64,000 nucleotides of DNA from the NCBI GenBank assembly GCA_963665815.1, contig OY762463.1, forward strand, positions 2,016,001 to 2,080,000, given 5' to 3'. The position numbers and the translations under genes are program-made. Of the stretch, positions 19,684 through 29,919 are shown piece after piece; the stretch's first letter is position 1; every line of letters begins with the position of its first letter. Under the pieces are notes generated by a model, which was not told where the DNA came from, made no database searches, and was given only the letters and a program-made list of their open reading frames with translations. This DNA is from Candidatus Cloacimonadales bacterium (GTDB lineage: Bacteria; Cloacimonadota; Cloacimonadia; Cloacimonadales; JAIOQZ01).

Positions 19684-22557
19684 CTATTTTGTTGGGAACC
19701 AGTTAATAATTTGAGTGAAGTGAACAGTTGCACTCAGTGAACCGGTAATAATAAAGAACAGGATAAAGAACTTGAAGTAATCCTGAGCTTTAAGTGTACC
19801 AAGCATAAGCGGCTGACGAGCTAGGTAAGCTGCAGCGGCATATAGTTCTTCACCAATAAGTGTGTAGTCACAGGTTGTAATAAAGAAAGGAATCTGAGTT
19901 ACAGCATCAGTACCGGAAATCTGAATAGCTCCGGTTGAACTACCTGTCTCAGTCATAATAAGTGACTCTGCGAAGAACATTCCCATATAGAAGTTTGTTG
20001 CAGTCTTTTCACGAATCATAACACCGTTAACACCTGCAACGAATGCAAATTGAGATGTTGTGATAAAGAATACACTGTCTTTTTCGAATGTATCAGGTCT
20101 TCCTGCTTCGTAATGAGCTTCACGTACAACTTCCTGAGCAATCGGAAGTACAATGTAGTCTTTACAAGGAACAAGAATTTTAGTATCATATTCAGCTGCT
20201 TTTTTTGCAACTCTACCAAGGATGGCAAGTGCTGCCAGAGTAGCAACGTCATTAATACCGGAAAGTCCGGGAACGAACAGAATAGGTTTACCCATTTCAG
20301 TTGCTCTACCGATAGCATTATCAATTTCATGAATACCGGCGATTGGTCTAATATAAAGGTCTTCACCTTTACGGGCTTTACCGATCATTATAAACACAAG
20401 AGCTCCGAAGAGAAGTGTTGCAATAAGCATTGGTAATTTTTCTGTATCAAACCAGTTTGATTCAGGGAAGAAGTACTCGTTACCATTTTCATCTTTAAAG
20501 ATAGGTGTTTCGTTGAAGATACCTTTTTTGTTGGTTTTTACGAGTTTGTACAGGAAGGTTCTTTTTTCTCTTTCTCTGTTTTCAGCTAACATTTTAACTC
20601 TTGCTTTTCTACCAAGTTTGTTGGCTGCCTGCATAAGAGGGCTGTTTTCAGCGAGTTTAACAGAATTTTCCATTGAAGCAATTCTTGCTTCAAGGCGAGC
20701 TTTCATAGGACCGGTTGTTGTATCAGCCTGAGCTTTAAATTTTGCAATTTGTTCTTTCTGTTCGTTGAGAGCTTTTGCAGCATGATCTTTGTAGATCGAT
20801 GTAGAAAGAGATGCTCCTGTTTCAGCATCATATTCTATACCTGTAAGTGTGGGGTCTACAAGAATACATTTTTTTGATTTGTTATACCCGGAAATAGGTT
20901 TATAAATATTTGATTCGTAAGCAACGTTATCATCCCAGCCTCTTTGAGTACCGGAAAGTCTTTTTACTTCTCTATATACTCCGCCATTGTAACACTCTTT
21001 ATAAAGGAAATAGCTATAGGTATCTACATCTTCATTGTCTTTTCCAAAATAAAGATTTCCAGGACGAAGTGCTTTGGCTTCATCACTGTAGCTGAGTGTC
21101 TGAGTGAAGTAATAATCTTTTTCATCAAGATCATGTGCATTAATTGTCATTACTACTTTAAGCTTCTGGAGAAGATCTGATCCTTCAGGAGCGGTGATTT
21201 TTATCTTATTATCTTTGAAGAATTCATCGATCGTATCAATCTCTCTACCTTCTTCATCATAAACTTTGAAAACTATGTTTTTTAATTTGTCTTCTTCATA
21301 AAAAGGATTTGTATAGTATTCATAGTTAACAAGAATTTTAGATTTCTTGCTGTTAAGGAAAGTTGAGTTTGTGAGTTTTACAACAGGTTCTCCCCATTGT
21401 ACCTGAATTCTGTCACCTTTATCATTTGGTTTGTCTCTGACATCAAGTGTCGGTAAAGCAGGAAGATCTGATTGATCAATAACATTAACAGGTTTGATTA
21501 AACTGAAAGTTTCATTCCCGGAATAATCATACAGAGAAATTACAAAAGAATACTGATCGATATTCTCTGTATCAATCTGGACATCAATACCTTGATTTGC
21601 ATCTACGACTTTACCCATGTCAAGATTTACAATAGCTTTGTTCTCAGAAGTATAGGAAGACGTATTTCTTCTGAATACTAATTGAGCAGGGTTTTGAGGA
21701 GCTTCAATACCTTCGATTTTCTCAGGATTGATCTCTGCATTAACATTATAATCAATATATTCTTCAAGTTTTGATACATCATTATTATTGATCATGTATA
21801 TAGAGAACATCGCAATATCTGATGCTGATGGAAGAGTCCATTCAAACTGAAGCCTGTCCATCCCATTTACATATACAGGATAAAATGATTTTGTTACCTC
21901 AGGTGAGTTCTCAACAGGTGAGCCTGAGACAATCTCAGCATGAGGGAAGAATTTTCTTTGTTTGTTAATAGCAAGTACTGTATAATAATACTTAACTCCC
22001 GGTTTAAGTTTTGCAAGTAATGTAACCTGATAGTTTTTCAGACCTGCAAGTACTTCACCGTCTTTCTCAATCTTGGTTGTACTGTAGTAGAAATTATCCT
22101 TTGGAATCATAGCCAGAACTGTGTAATCATCAAAATAACGACTGCTTACACTGAAGTCTTTTGGCATATCACTGTATAAAGGACTGTTAGCATCCTGCTT
22201 TTCTTCTTTCTTAAGTTTAGCAGGTGAATCAACGTTAGCAAAAAGACCATAGCCTTTGTCGTAATAGTACATTACATCAGAAGCTACTCCGATCTTCGCA
22301 TTTACCGGAATTTTACCGGCGTAAAAGAGAGTATCAGGACTGGTTCCTCTGTAGACGCGGTACTCAATGATACGTTTGTCTTTACTCAGAGGTTCCCAAC
22401 TGAGCTGAAGTCCGGAACCGTCATCATCCGGAACATCATCAATTTTTAGGTTTTTCACAATATAATCACTGTCTGCGGCGAAAGCGAATACACTGCAAAA
22501 TAAAAAAAGGATTGTCAGCAAAATTGTATGCGTGACAAAACGGGTTAGTTTAACCAT
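19684..22557 (-). CDS. Large exported FN3-like repeat protein with C-terminal DUF6754-type membrane domain
   Basis: Signal peptide; DVPDDDGSGLQLSW and DKPNDKGDRIQVQW FN3-like starts; IRPIAGIHEIDNAIGRATEMGKP..LIGEELYAAAAYL C-terminal domain. Confidence 0.75.
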   Translation of the reverse strand: MVKLTRFVTHTILLTILFLFCSVFAFAADSDYIVKNLKIDDVPDDDGSGLQLSWEPLSKDKRIIEYRVYRGTSPDTLFYAGKIPVNAKIGVASDVMYYYDKGYGLFANVDSPAKLKKEEKQDANSPLYSDMPKDFSVSSRYFDDYTVLAMIPKDNFYYSTTKIEKDGEVLAGLKNYQVTLLAKLKPGVKYYYTVLAINKQRKFFPHAEIVSGSPVENSPEVTKSFYPVYVNGMDRLQFEWTLPSASDIAMFSIYMINNNDVSKLEEYIDYNVNAEINPEKIEGIEAPQNPAQLVFRRNTSSYTSENKAIVNLDMGKVVDANQGIDVQIDTENIDQYSFVISLYDYSGNETFSLIKPVNVIDQSDLPALPTLDVRDKPNDKGDRIQVQWGEPVVKLTNSTFLNSKKSKILVNYEYYTNPFYEEDKLKNIVFKVYDEEGREIDTIDEFFKDNKIKITAPEGSDLLQKLKVVMTINAHDLDEKDYYFTQTLSYSDEAKALRPGNLYFGKDNEDVDTYSYFLYKECYNGGVYREVKRLSGTQRGWDDNVAYESNIYKPISGYNKSKKCILVDPTLTGIEYDAETGASLSTSIYKDHAAKALNEQKEQIAKFKAQADTTTGPMKARLEARIASMENSVKLAENSPLMQAANKLGRKARVKMLAENREREKRTFLYKLVKTNKKGIFNETPIFKDENGNEYFFPESNWFDTEKLPMLIATLLFGALVFIMIGKARKGEDLYIRPIAGIHEIDNAIGRATEMGKPILFVPGLSGINDVATLAALAILGRVAKKAAEYDTKILVPCKDYIVLPIAQEVVREAHYEAGRPDTFEKDSVFFITTSQFAFVAGVNGVMIREKTATNFYMGMFFAESLIMTETGSSTGAIQISGTDAVTQIPFFITTCDYTLIGEELYAAAAYLARQPLMLGTLKAQDYFKFFILFFIITGSLSATVHFTQIINWFPTK

Positions 22558-22717
22558 AGTGTAGACTCCTTTATTTATTAATTTATAGTAATATATAAAA
22601 TACTGATTTACATCATATTAGAACTTACCATAATAAACTACATGTTTTCCTGTGTAAATATATGTTGTCAAACTCTTTTTGAATATTGCAGCTTCATTAT
22701 TTATGTCTGAGCGGCAC

Positions 22718-25700
22718 TTATTCAAATACAATTACCTGAGGACGCTTTACTCCTGCTCTTATCTGGGTTTCTCCGTTTATATAAGTATCTTTCCCTGAAT
22801 GATTCCTGAATACAGACTTCTGATCATTACTTAAATAATGACTTCCAAATCCATTCATTATTATCAATGGGAATGGAATGTTTTCATTACCGGTCAGAGC
22901 GACTCCTATTTCATCATTGATAAACTCTGTCAGCACGCTCATTTCAATACCCGGTACAATTAAACCTTTTATCTGCTCTGTTTTCAGATGATTCAGTTTT
23001 TTGATTCCCGGACATTCATTGACTGCCAGAATTTTACCCATCGAATCTGAATTTGATATTTCCTTAAATGTCTCATAGTACATAAAAGGAGCACTACTTT
23101 CACTGCCAAAACCTATTTTTCCTTTTATATGTATCCCGCTATATTCAATAACTACCGACCTGCCATCTTTTACATCACTAACTTTCCCAATACAATGAGA
23201 AATCAGCCTCTTAGGTTTCTTCTCATACTGTATTGTAATAATGCCCTTCTTGAAATCAATGTCCTTTACAAGTCCTGTGGTTGGTGAATTGCAGATTGTC
23301 GGACTGGACGTTTCCATCTTCGATGCCAGTACTTCTCCCGTATAAACCATATCACCGACATGCTTCTTCAAATATCCTCTTATTGCCTTAGGTTTAGTCA
23401 TAAGTCTTTCAGCAAGATTGATCTTTACTGGCTTCTCAGAGTAATCCTGATACTCCCGGACAAATATTGTACCGTTTTCATAGTTTATACTTTCAACTAT
23501 ACCTGTTACGGGGCAAGTGTATATTTTACGTCTTCCCTTAAGCTCATCTGACAGTGAAGTTGCTTTATTATCGAATATTACCTGACCGGATTTTACGAAA
23601 TCACCTGCATTGATTGAAAGGATCTGCCTGAATGCTGCCGTATCAGTTGTAAATCCGGTTTGCTTGAACAGCGATAATATAAATATCCTCGGTGGTTCAT
23701 AGTTGTTAACACCTATCTCTGTATCCTGATCAACATTATCCCCGATTTTTACATGAATATCACCAGGATATGGCAATGTTTTCACTATCTTCCCTGTCTT
23801 TACCGATTCATCAGGCTTCAAATAATTAAGATCCTTGATAGTACAGTCATTATTTGAAAAAGAGTCATAAGCTCCTATCTCAGCAAACTCTTTTCGATAA
23901 AGATATTGTTTATCCAGAACAGAATCTAAGTAAATTGGCAAATTTGTAGTAAACTTAACAGATCCTGCCTCACTGCTGACAAAAATATTTTTTTCAAGTT
24001 CTATTTCGATGCTTCTGCTTTCTTTATTAACATTATCAATAAAAAGGAAGTCTCCGACTTTTATATCATACCTGTTACCGTTAATTTTCAATATACCAAG
24101 CAACTGTCCATTTTTCTTAATGTTACCAAAAGGCTTGATATGCAATCCGATTTTCTCAAAACAAGTTTCAACAAGCAGCTTTTCGGCAAGGTTACTGTCA
24201 ACATCGCTCAGTTTACCAAGATGAGGACTGATGAATTCCTTATCCCGCCATAATTCTGTGATCCCCGAAGGATTCAATGAGCGAATCAGCATCAGTGCTG
24301 CCTGTCGTGTGTTTTGCACGTGAGAGAATACCCCACCGGAGCCTATCATGATATCTATGTCTTTTTCATGAAATTTACGTTCTTCCATTTTCTTCTCAAC
24401 ATACATGATTTCCAGGAATTTATCCATTTTTTCCTGTTTTTTCATACGATCAAGAAAACCAATTTTTTCAGTGTTGAAATGCATACTCATATGATGATGT
24501 TTTGACATTTTGATTGCATGATGCGCCATAGTATGTTCTATGAAAAGCTGAGTTGAATTTTCCGGGATTTTGTCAGGATTAAGCATTTTGTTACCACAAT
24601 AGTTTCTGACAAGATTTATATCCAAATCCATTGGAAAATCAGAATTTATCCATTCTTCTCCCGAATCCTTAACTACATTTGTTATACTGTAACTCATACC
24701 ATAGTTAGCACTGACAGTTCTGTAGTAATGTCCTAGAATATTCGAAAAGACATCTGTCGTAGCTCCTCCGATATCAACTGTAATTACGTTTTTCTTCATT
24801 TTTGAACTGATCAGTTCCAGTGATTTTATAACCCCGAGAGGAGTAGGTATAATTGAATCATGAACAATCTGTTTCACTTTAGAATATCCCGGAGCTTTCT
24901 CCATAACAGAATTCATGAAAATGTTATGAATTTTCTCTCGAGTCGGTTCAAGATTTTCCTTTTTCATCTCAGGTCTGAGATTGGGCACAAAATTCATTTC
25001 GTAATGCTTACTCAGTGATGATTCAATAAAATGTCTCGCTTTTACGTTTCCGGCAAAAATAAGAGGAGTTTTACTTTCACCAAGAAATTTTCCTTTAAGC
25101 TCAGCAATACTCAGCAATTCAGCGAGTCTCACAATTCCACTGATTGCTCCGCTGTCAGTACCACCACTGAAAAGTATCATATCAGGATGCAGAGACTGCA
25201 TTGCTTTCATCTGCTCTATAGCAGATCTTTTATCGTCAATAGCAAACGTATCGAGGATAACTCCCCCTGCCCCATAGGCTGCTCTTTTCGCACTACTTGC
25301 CGAATCAAACATTGTCAGCCCGATTACAGCAATCTGTAACCCCCCCCCTGCACTGCTTGTGCTGAGATAGAGAATATCCTCATTCAATTCAAGAGCTTTA
25401 TCACTTATAAGCAGCTTAACTCCAGATAATTTCTCAAGTTTTTCAAGAGCTTTGCGTAAACCAATCACAACATCTTCTGCTGGTGATTCCACAGTAGTAA
25501 GAGCTGTTTCATATCCTTTATCGATCCATTTTCCGTTTTCCTTTTGCAGCAGCAGACACTTTGTTGTTGTACTTCCAATATCTGTAATAAGAATTTTTGT
25601 TTTGTTTTGCATTTTTTGATCCTTTTCCAACCAATAGGGAATATTTTTAAGATTGTCAGAAATCATTTGTGAGCTGATCTCTCTATTAAGATTCAATTTA

Positions 25701-25846
25701 CTTACGAAATCATTTTCCAGATTAAGCTTAACAGATGACATATTATTATGAAAACCATTTGCACCTCTGCATCTGCTGCAAATTTCCACTTCATCAGAAG
25801 TATTCAGAATTCTACCGCAGCTTTTACATGTCCTCAATTTACTCAT
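22718..25846 (-). CDS. Zn-ribbon + GlmL/MutL-type (glutamate mutase L) ASKHA ATPase fused to a barrel-sandwich-hybrid-rich domain
   Basis: CxxC..CxxC N-terminus; DIGSTTTK, STSSAGGGL, DIGGATTDVFS, GSGG motifs; C-terminal LPYPGDIHVKIGD..TQIRAGVKRP; GGAGGA RBS before ATG 25846. Confidence 0.8.
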   Translation of the reverse strand: MSKLRTCKSCGRILNTSDEVEICSRCRGANGFHNNMSSVKLNLENDFVSKLNLNREISSQMISDNLKNIPYWLEKDQKMQNKTKILITDIGSTTTKCLLLQKENGKWIDKGYETALTTVESPAEDVVIGLRKALEKLEKLSGVKLLISDKALELNEDILYLSTSSAGGGLQIAVIGLTMFDSASSAKRAAYGAGGVILDTFAIDDKRSAIEQMKAMQSLHPDMILFSGGTDSGAISGIVRLAELLSIAELKGKFLGESKTPLIFAGNVKARHFIESSLSKHYEMNFVPNLRPEMKKENLEPTREKIHNIFMNSVMEKAPGYSKVKQIVHDSIIPTPLGVIKSLELISSKMKKNVITVDIGGATTDVFSNILGHYYRTVSANYGMSYSITNVVKDSGEEWINSDFPMDLDINLVRNYCGNKMLNPDKIPENSTQLFIEHTMAHHAIKMSKHHHMSMHFNTEKIGFLDRMKKQEKMDKFLEIMYVEKKMEERKFHEKDIDIMIGSGGVFSHVQNTRQAALMLIRSLNPSGITELWRDKEFISPHLGKLSDVDSNLAEKLLVETCFEKIGLHIKPFGNIKKNGQLLGILKINGNRYDIKVGDFLFIDNVNKESRSIEIELEKNIFVSSEAGSVKFTTNLPIYLDSVLDKQYLYRKEFAEIGAYDSFSNNDCTIKDLNYLKPDESVKTGKIVKTLPYPGDIHVKIGDNVDQDTEIGVNNYEPPRIFILSLFKQTGFTTDTAAFRQILSINAGDFVKSGQVIFDNKATSLSDELKGRRKIYTCPVTGIVESINYENGTIFVREYQDYSEKPVKINLAERLMTKPKAIRGYLKKHVGDMVYTGEVLASKMETSSPTICNSPTTGLVKDIDFKKGIITIQYEKKPKRLISHCIGKVSDVKDGRSVVIEYSGIHIKGKIGFGSESSAPFMYYETFKEISNSDSMGKILAVNECPGIKKLNHLKTEQIKGLIVPGIEMSVLTEFINDEIGVALTGNENIPFPLIIMNGFGSHYLSNDQKSVFRNHSGKDTYINGETQIRAGVKRPQVIVFE

Positions 25847-26435
25847 TACATCCTCCTCCATAAATCATAAAATTCAGCACTTCAATCAAGTCGTCCTTTT
25901 TTCCCAGGATTATCGACTCCTTATAATTAAGTATTTCTCTGAAGTTCAAATAATGAATAATTAGAGAAAAAATATGCTGTATTATAACTTCCGGTTTCAT
26001 CGCAGTACTTATACCGTTAGCTGAAAGAAAGTTTTCAAACATGTGCAGAACATAAAGCTCAATTATGGAAAACCTGTAAACAATCAGATTCCTGAGATTT
26101 TGATTAACAATGGACAGTTCTCTGAACACTACTGAGAAAAAAGGTTCATGCTCAACGAGAAGATCCAGCAGACTGTTGATCACACAATGAAACTCCTGGT
26201 TGCTGTTTATCTCAAGAAATTGCTTCTGAAAATCCTCTAATTTCCTATTCAAAATAGTTTCTACCAGAATATCACGTGTTTCGAAATGAGAAAATAAAGT
26301 ACCATGGGCGACTCCGGCAGCTTTAGCTATGTCAATTGTTTTTGTACTGACAATTCCCTGAATCGCGAATAATTTTTCAGCGATATCAATAATTTTGTTT
26401 CTTGTAGCCGTCTTCTGCGCATCTCTCTTATTCAT
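25839..26435 (-). CDS. TetR/AcrR family transcriptional regulator
   Basis: AEKLF..GIVSTKTIDIAKAAGVAHGTLFSHF HTH. Confidence 0.93.
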   Translation of the reverse strand: MNKRDAQKTATRNKIIDIAEKLFAIQGIVSTKTIDIAKAAGVAHGTLFSHFETRDILVETILNRKLEDFQKQFLEINSNQEFHCVINSLLDLLVEHEPFFSVVFRELSIVNQNLRNLIVYRFSIIELYVLHMFENFLSANGISTAMKPEVIIQHIFSLIIHYLNFREILNYKESIILGKKDDLIEVLNFMIYGGGCNE

Positions 26436-26444
26436 AACACCTCG

Positions 26445-26474
26445 TTGAGTTCATACTCAATGAGTAATAACTCG
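26445..26474. promoter_or_regulatory. Tandem palindromic operator, probably bound by the TetR
   Basis: TTGAGT-TCAT-ACTCAA directly followed by TGAGT-AATA-ACTCG, just upstream of the tetR RBS. Confidence 0.65.
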
Positions 26475-26771
26475 AGTAAAAACAGTCAAGTTTTTTTCTG
26501 AATAAAAAAATCTGTTTGTATGATTAATGTCGATTATGCTGTACAAGACCCAACATAAAAAAAAGTGAATGAAGATTCGGACAAGTGTATACAATTAGAC
26601 TCAGAGAACATATGTTTGTCTAATATTCAATAGTAATGATTCTCGGGAAATTTATGTTACAGGTTTTCAAAATAGAATTTGACAATTTTTTCACGTAAGT
26701 ATAATTAAGGATATATTAAATCTAAGATTTTTTTGATTCTGAATCAAAATAAAAAATACCGGAGTATATCA

Positions 26772-27212
26772 ATGAGTAGACCAAAGAAAAAACGAGAAAT
26801 CTGTAATCCACCTATGTTTAACAGATTCAAACCAGTTGCAAAAAAGAGCAAGAGTTCTCACATTGTAGAACTCAGCATTGATGAATATGAAGCTATCAGA
26901 CTTGCTGATTACCTTTCATATGATCATGTAACATCCGCAGAACACATGAAAGTTTCAAGACCCACTTTCTCAAGATTGATTGAAAGTGCAAGAGCAAAAG
27001 TTTCCACAATGTTAATTGATGGTCAACAGCTTGTCGTGAATGGCGGACAAATTTACTTCATCAATAACATTATTGAATGTAAGAAATGCGGTCACAAACA
27101 CACTGTGAAAATGGATGTTGAACTGGAAAAATGTGAAAACTGTGGAAGCAATGATTTATTTGATCATGCTAACTTCTACGGTCATGGCAAATGCTGCCTT
27201 GAGAAAAAATAA
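26772..27212 (+). CDS. DUF134 (UPF0251) HTH protein with C-terminal Cys cluster
   Basis: MSRPKKKR, EYEAIRLADY, MKVSRPTFSRLIESARAKV, CKKC..CENC. Confidence 0.9.
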   Translation: MSRPKKKREICNPPMFNRFKPVAKKSKSSHIVELSIDEYEAIRLADYLSYDHVTSAEHMKVSRPTFSRLIESARAKVSTMLIDGQQLVVNGGQIYFINNIIECKKCGHKHTVKMDVELEKCENCGSNDLFDHANFYGHGKCCLEKK

Positions 27213-27230
27213 TTTCTCAAACCCTTTTTG

Positions 27231-27259
27231 AAAGCCTGTCTTCTCGACAGGCTTTTTTT
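27231..27259 (+). terminator. Intrinsic terminator
   Basis: AAAGCCTGTC-TTCTC-GACAGGCTTT followed by T run. Confidence 0.85.
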
Positions 27260-27311
27260 CTTCCTCAAACTAATCCAGCATATAACTGACATAAAATTCA
27301 AACAAAAAAAC

Positions 27312-27724
27312 CTTAAAGATATTTTAGGCATCCCCCCGAAAACCAAATACAATGTATGTATAACTTATTATAAATAAAAGTTTTGAAACAATAAATCAGT
27401 GGAAAATATGAATCAATGTAATAGCTTTGAACTAAGTATGATTGTTTTGCATTGATGATAGCATTTTCTCTTTTTTACTGTATAATAAATTTAACCGTTA
27501 AGAAATCCTGAAGCCTTGGAAGGATTTTAGGAAAAATTTATGGTTCCAGTTTACTGGAAATACATTTTAAAAAGAGTGCCTTTCTTTTGTTTCGTTTTCT
27601 TTGGCACCAAAGAAAATGAAGAATGCATTTTTCTAAGAAATGTCTGCTAAAAATCCTTCCAATTTTCTTGAAGTCAGATTTTCAAGAAAAAAACGGGGGG
27701 GGGGATTCCATCTTAAAGATATTT
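27312..27724. mobile_element. Putative MITE with flanking 13-bp direct repeats
   Basis: CTTAAAGATATTT at 27312-27324 and 27712-27724; inner inverted ends GGCATCCCCCC / GGGGGGATTCC; several internal hairpins. Confidence 0.5.
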
Positions 27725-27786
27725 AATTTGACACAATACCGTTAAAATACATCTAATTTCACATATTCATACAAAGGATTCCTGTT

Positions 27787-28848
27787 ATGATCAAAAATCA
27801 CAGTCTTATGTTAATTTTCCTCTCCATTGTTACTCTGCTCTCATCAAAGGGCAGCAACGGATTAGATATTATTGCAAATGATTCGGCTTTGAACAACATA
27901 GTATTGGGACATGTATATGATTGGGATGAACTCTCAACCAAATCTCAGGATTCACTGCTGATTGCTGTAAAAAAATTCGTAAATCTTGTTGGGGAAAACA
28001 AAATTGAAGAATCTTATAATTCAACTCATTCAAGATTTAAAAAAATTGTAAACACTCAGCAGTACTATGGTTTCTTTAATGTTATAAGTTCAACATTAAC
28101 AAGTTATGACAATCTGACATTTATAAAAGGCAAGAAAGCTGTCTTTAACAATCCTCCCGTCATGGATCAGTTTATCTCCGGTGGATCAATGGATGAGACC
28201 AGTCCCAACCACCTTAAAGTACAAGTAATAAAAGGAATTAAATCACAGGCAACCCTGATTTTCGAGAACACAGAAAGAAAAGTATCTTACTATTTTGTTG
28301 CTGTCCTGGGTATTGAAAATGGAGAATACAGATTGTACCATCTTGGACTTAATCCATCCTCAGTACATGGAAGAAGCTTTCACTTCTACAGTAACTACGC
28401 CGATAAATGGACAAAAGAAGGCAAATACCTACCGGCTATCTTTGCAAGATTATTTGCGTTTAAATTGGTTTCATATGCCAGTACAACTCAGGATAACAAT
28501 ACAGTATCACAAATAACAGAATTCACAAAATTAGCAGAGAAAAATCCTGAAAAGTCAACTGAATCCTGGATTGTTAATGGAGAAAAAATAACGTATATTG
28601 AATTTGATGTACAGGAACTGGAAGATGATGTCGTACTGGAAATAAAATATGTTTCAAACAAAGAGCTTATTCAGGAAAATGCCACTGAGGAAGCAAGAAA
28701 ACTTATGACGCTCCTGAATAATCAATTTCCTGAGCTTAAACAAGTTTTCCCAAGAATTCTGTTTACTGCTTATGATAAATACCCTGAAGAAGGAATTCAT
28801 TTCAAGACATTGAGAACTCCATTATATTTCAATATTGAGAGTAATTAA
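27787..28848 (+). CDS. Hypothetical exported protein
   Basis: 353-aa ORF with N-terminal hydrophobic segment; no recognised family. Confidence 0.7.
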   Translation: MIKNHSLMLIFLSIVTLLSSKGSNGLDIIANDSALNNIVLGHVYDWDELSTKSQDSLLIAVKKFVNLVGENKIEESYNSTHSRFKKIVNTQQYYGFFNVISSTLTSYDNLTFIKGKKAVFNNPPVMDQFISGGSMDETSPNHLKVQVIKGIKSQATLIFENTERKVSYYFVAVLGIENGEYRLYHLGLNPSSVHGRSFHFYSNYADKWTKEGKYLPAIFARLFAFKLVSYASTTQDNNTVSQITEFTKLAEKNPEKSTESWIVNGEKITYIEFDVQELEDDVVLEIKYVSNKELIQENATEEARKLMTLLNNQFPELKQVFPRILFTAYDKYPEEGIHFKTLRTPLYFNIESN

Positions 28849-29528
28849 GAGAATAAACCTGTTAACATTTTAATTTTATATAGAGCATAGATAATCAGTA
28901 TTATCCCTGACAGCTTTTTCAATATTGATCCAACCTTACCGTGATTTCCTGAAAAACTGAATTTATCCCAGAAGTATCCCATCAGGATTATCAATATACT
29001 ATGTCCAAGTGAAAACGACAATATAACTGAAACAGAAAAAGCAGGTCTCTGTGCAAATGAGCTGATTATAATGCCTAATACTGGAGCAATAAATGCAAAT
29101 GTGCAAGGTCCCAGAGCAAATCCGAAGATGAATCCGGTAATAAACGCCCCGGCAATACCTTTCTTGACTCCTTTAAGTCCGGAGCCTCCGATCATTGGCA
29201 GAACATCGTAACAGGCAAGTCCAAAGTATAGCAGACAGGTTATCAGCAGAATGTCTCCCCATATTCCCAGATTGCCAAGCATCATGCCCAGTAGTCCGGT
29301 TACAATTCCCAGCACAATTATCGAGATGAGTACAGCAAAGGCAAACACTGTTGTCAGTATAACAGGTCTGGTTTTTGTGTTCTCCCTCGACAGGAGTGTT
29401 ACAGCTAGTGGGATGCTTGTGAGATGGCACGGAGACAGAACAATAGATGCTACACCCCAGAGGAATGAGGCAAATATAAGTATAATGGACTTCTCTGAAT
29501 AAATAACGTTATTAAGAAAATCCCACAT
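28845..29528 (-). CDS. ccdA: CcdA/DsbD-type thiol-disulfide transmembrane protein
   Basis: SPCHL..IP and GPCT conserved cysteines; 6 TM. Confidence 0.85.
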   Translation of the reverse strand: MWDFLNNVIYSEKSIILIFASFLWGVASIVLSPCHLTSIPLAVTLLSRENTKTRPVILTTVFAFAVLISIIVLGIVTGLLGMMLGNLGIWGDILLITCLLYFGLACYDVLPMIGGSGLKGVKKGIAGAFITGFIFGFALGPCTFAFIAPVLGIIISSFAQRPAFSVSVILSFSLGHSILIILMGYFWDKFSFSGNHGKVGSILKKLSGIILIIYALYKIKMLTGLFS

Positions 29529-29529
29529 T

Positions 29530-29919
29530 CTATTTTGTTTCTACCGGTTTCTTTTCTAATTTAATCCCGTTTTCCTTTAACACTTCCAGAACTTTGTCGA
29601 GAGGTAAAAAACCTTCATGGCGATAGATTTCTTTTCCGTCCTGATCCAGAAAAACTTGTGTAGGGATAAGCCTGATTTTGTATTTGCCGGCAATTTCACG
29701 GGTTTCTTTCAGTTTCACATTATGGAATACAACATTGACCTGATCAGAGTATTTTTCTTTTACTTCTTCCAGAATGGGTTCCATTTTTTTACAGGGAACA
29801 CAGGTGGTAGACCCGAACTCAAGGAAAGTCAGTTTCGGCTTAATCTTTTCAGTCTCGCAGAACAATCCTGAGATCACAGCGGTTAGAACGAGCAATACGA
29901 TTAATCTAAGCTTAAACAT
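29530..29919 (-). CDS. Exported thioredoxin-family protein
   Basis: Signal peptide, CVPC, IPTQVFLD. Confidence 0.92.
   Translation of the reverse strand: MFKLRLIVLLVLTAVISGLFCETEKIKPKLTFLEFGSTTCVPCKKMEPILEEVKEKYSDQVNVVFHNVKLKETREIAGKYKIRLIPTQVFLDQDGKEIYRHEGFLPLDKVLEVLKENGIKLEKKPVETK

Noticed and set aside
25320-25328. C-homopolymer in the GlmL-like gene as a phase-variation tract
   Set aside because: It encodes the conserved AGGGL glycines and the frame is intact
22718-25846. DNA mismatch-repair MutL or a glutamate mutase operon
   Set aside because: Motifs are ASKHA-type (GlmL), not GHKL; no mutase subunits nearby
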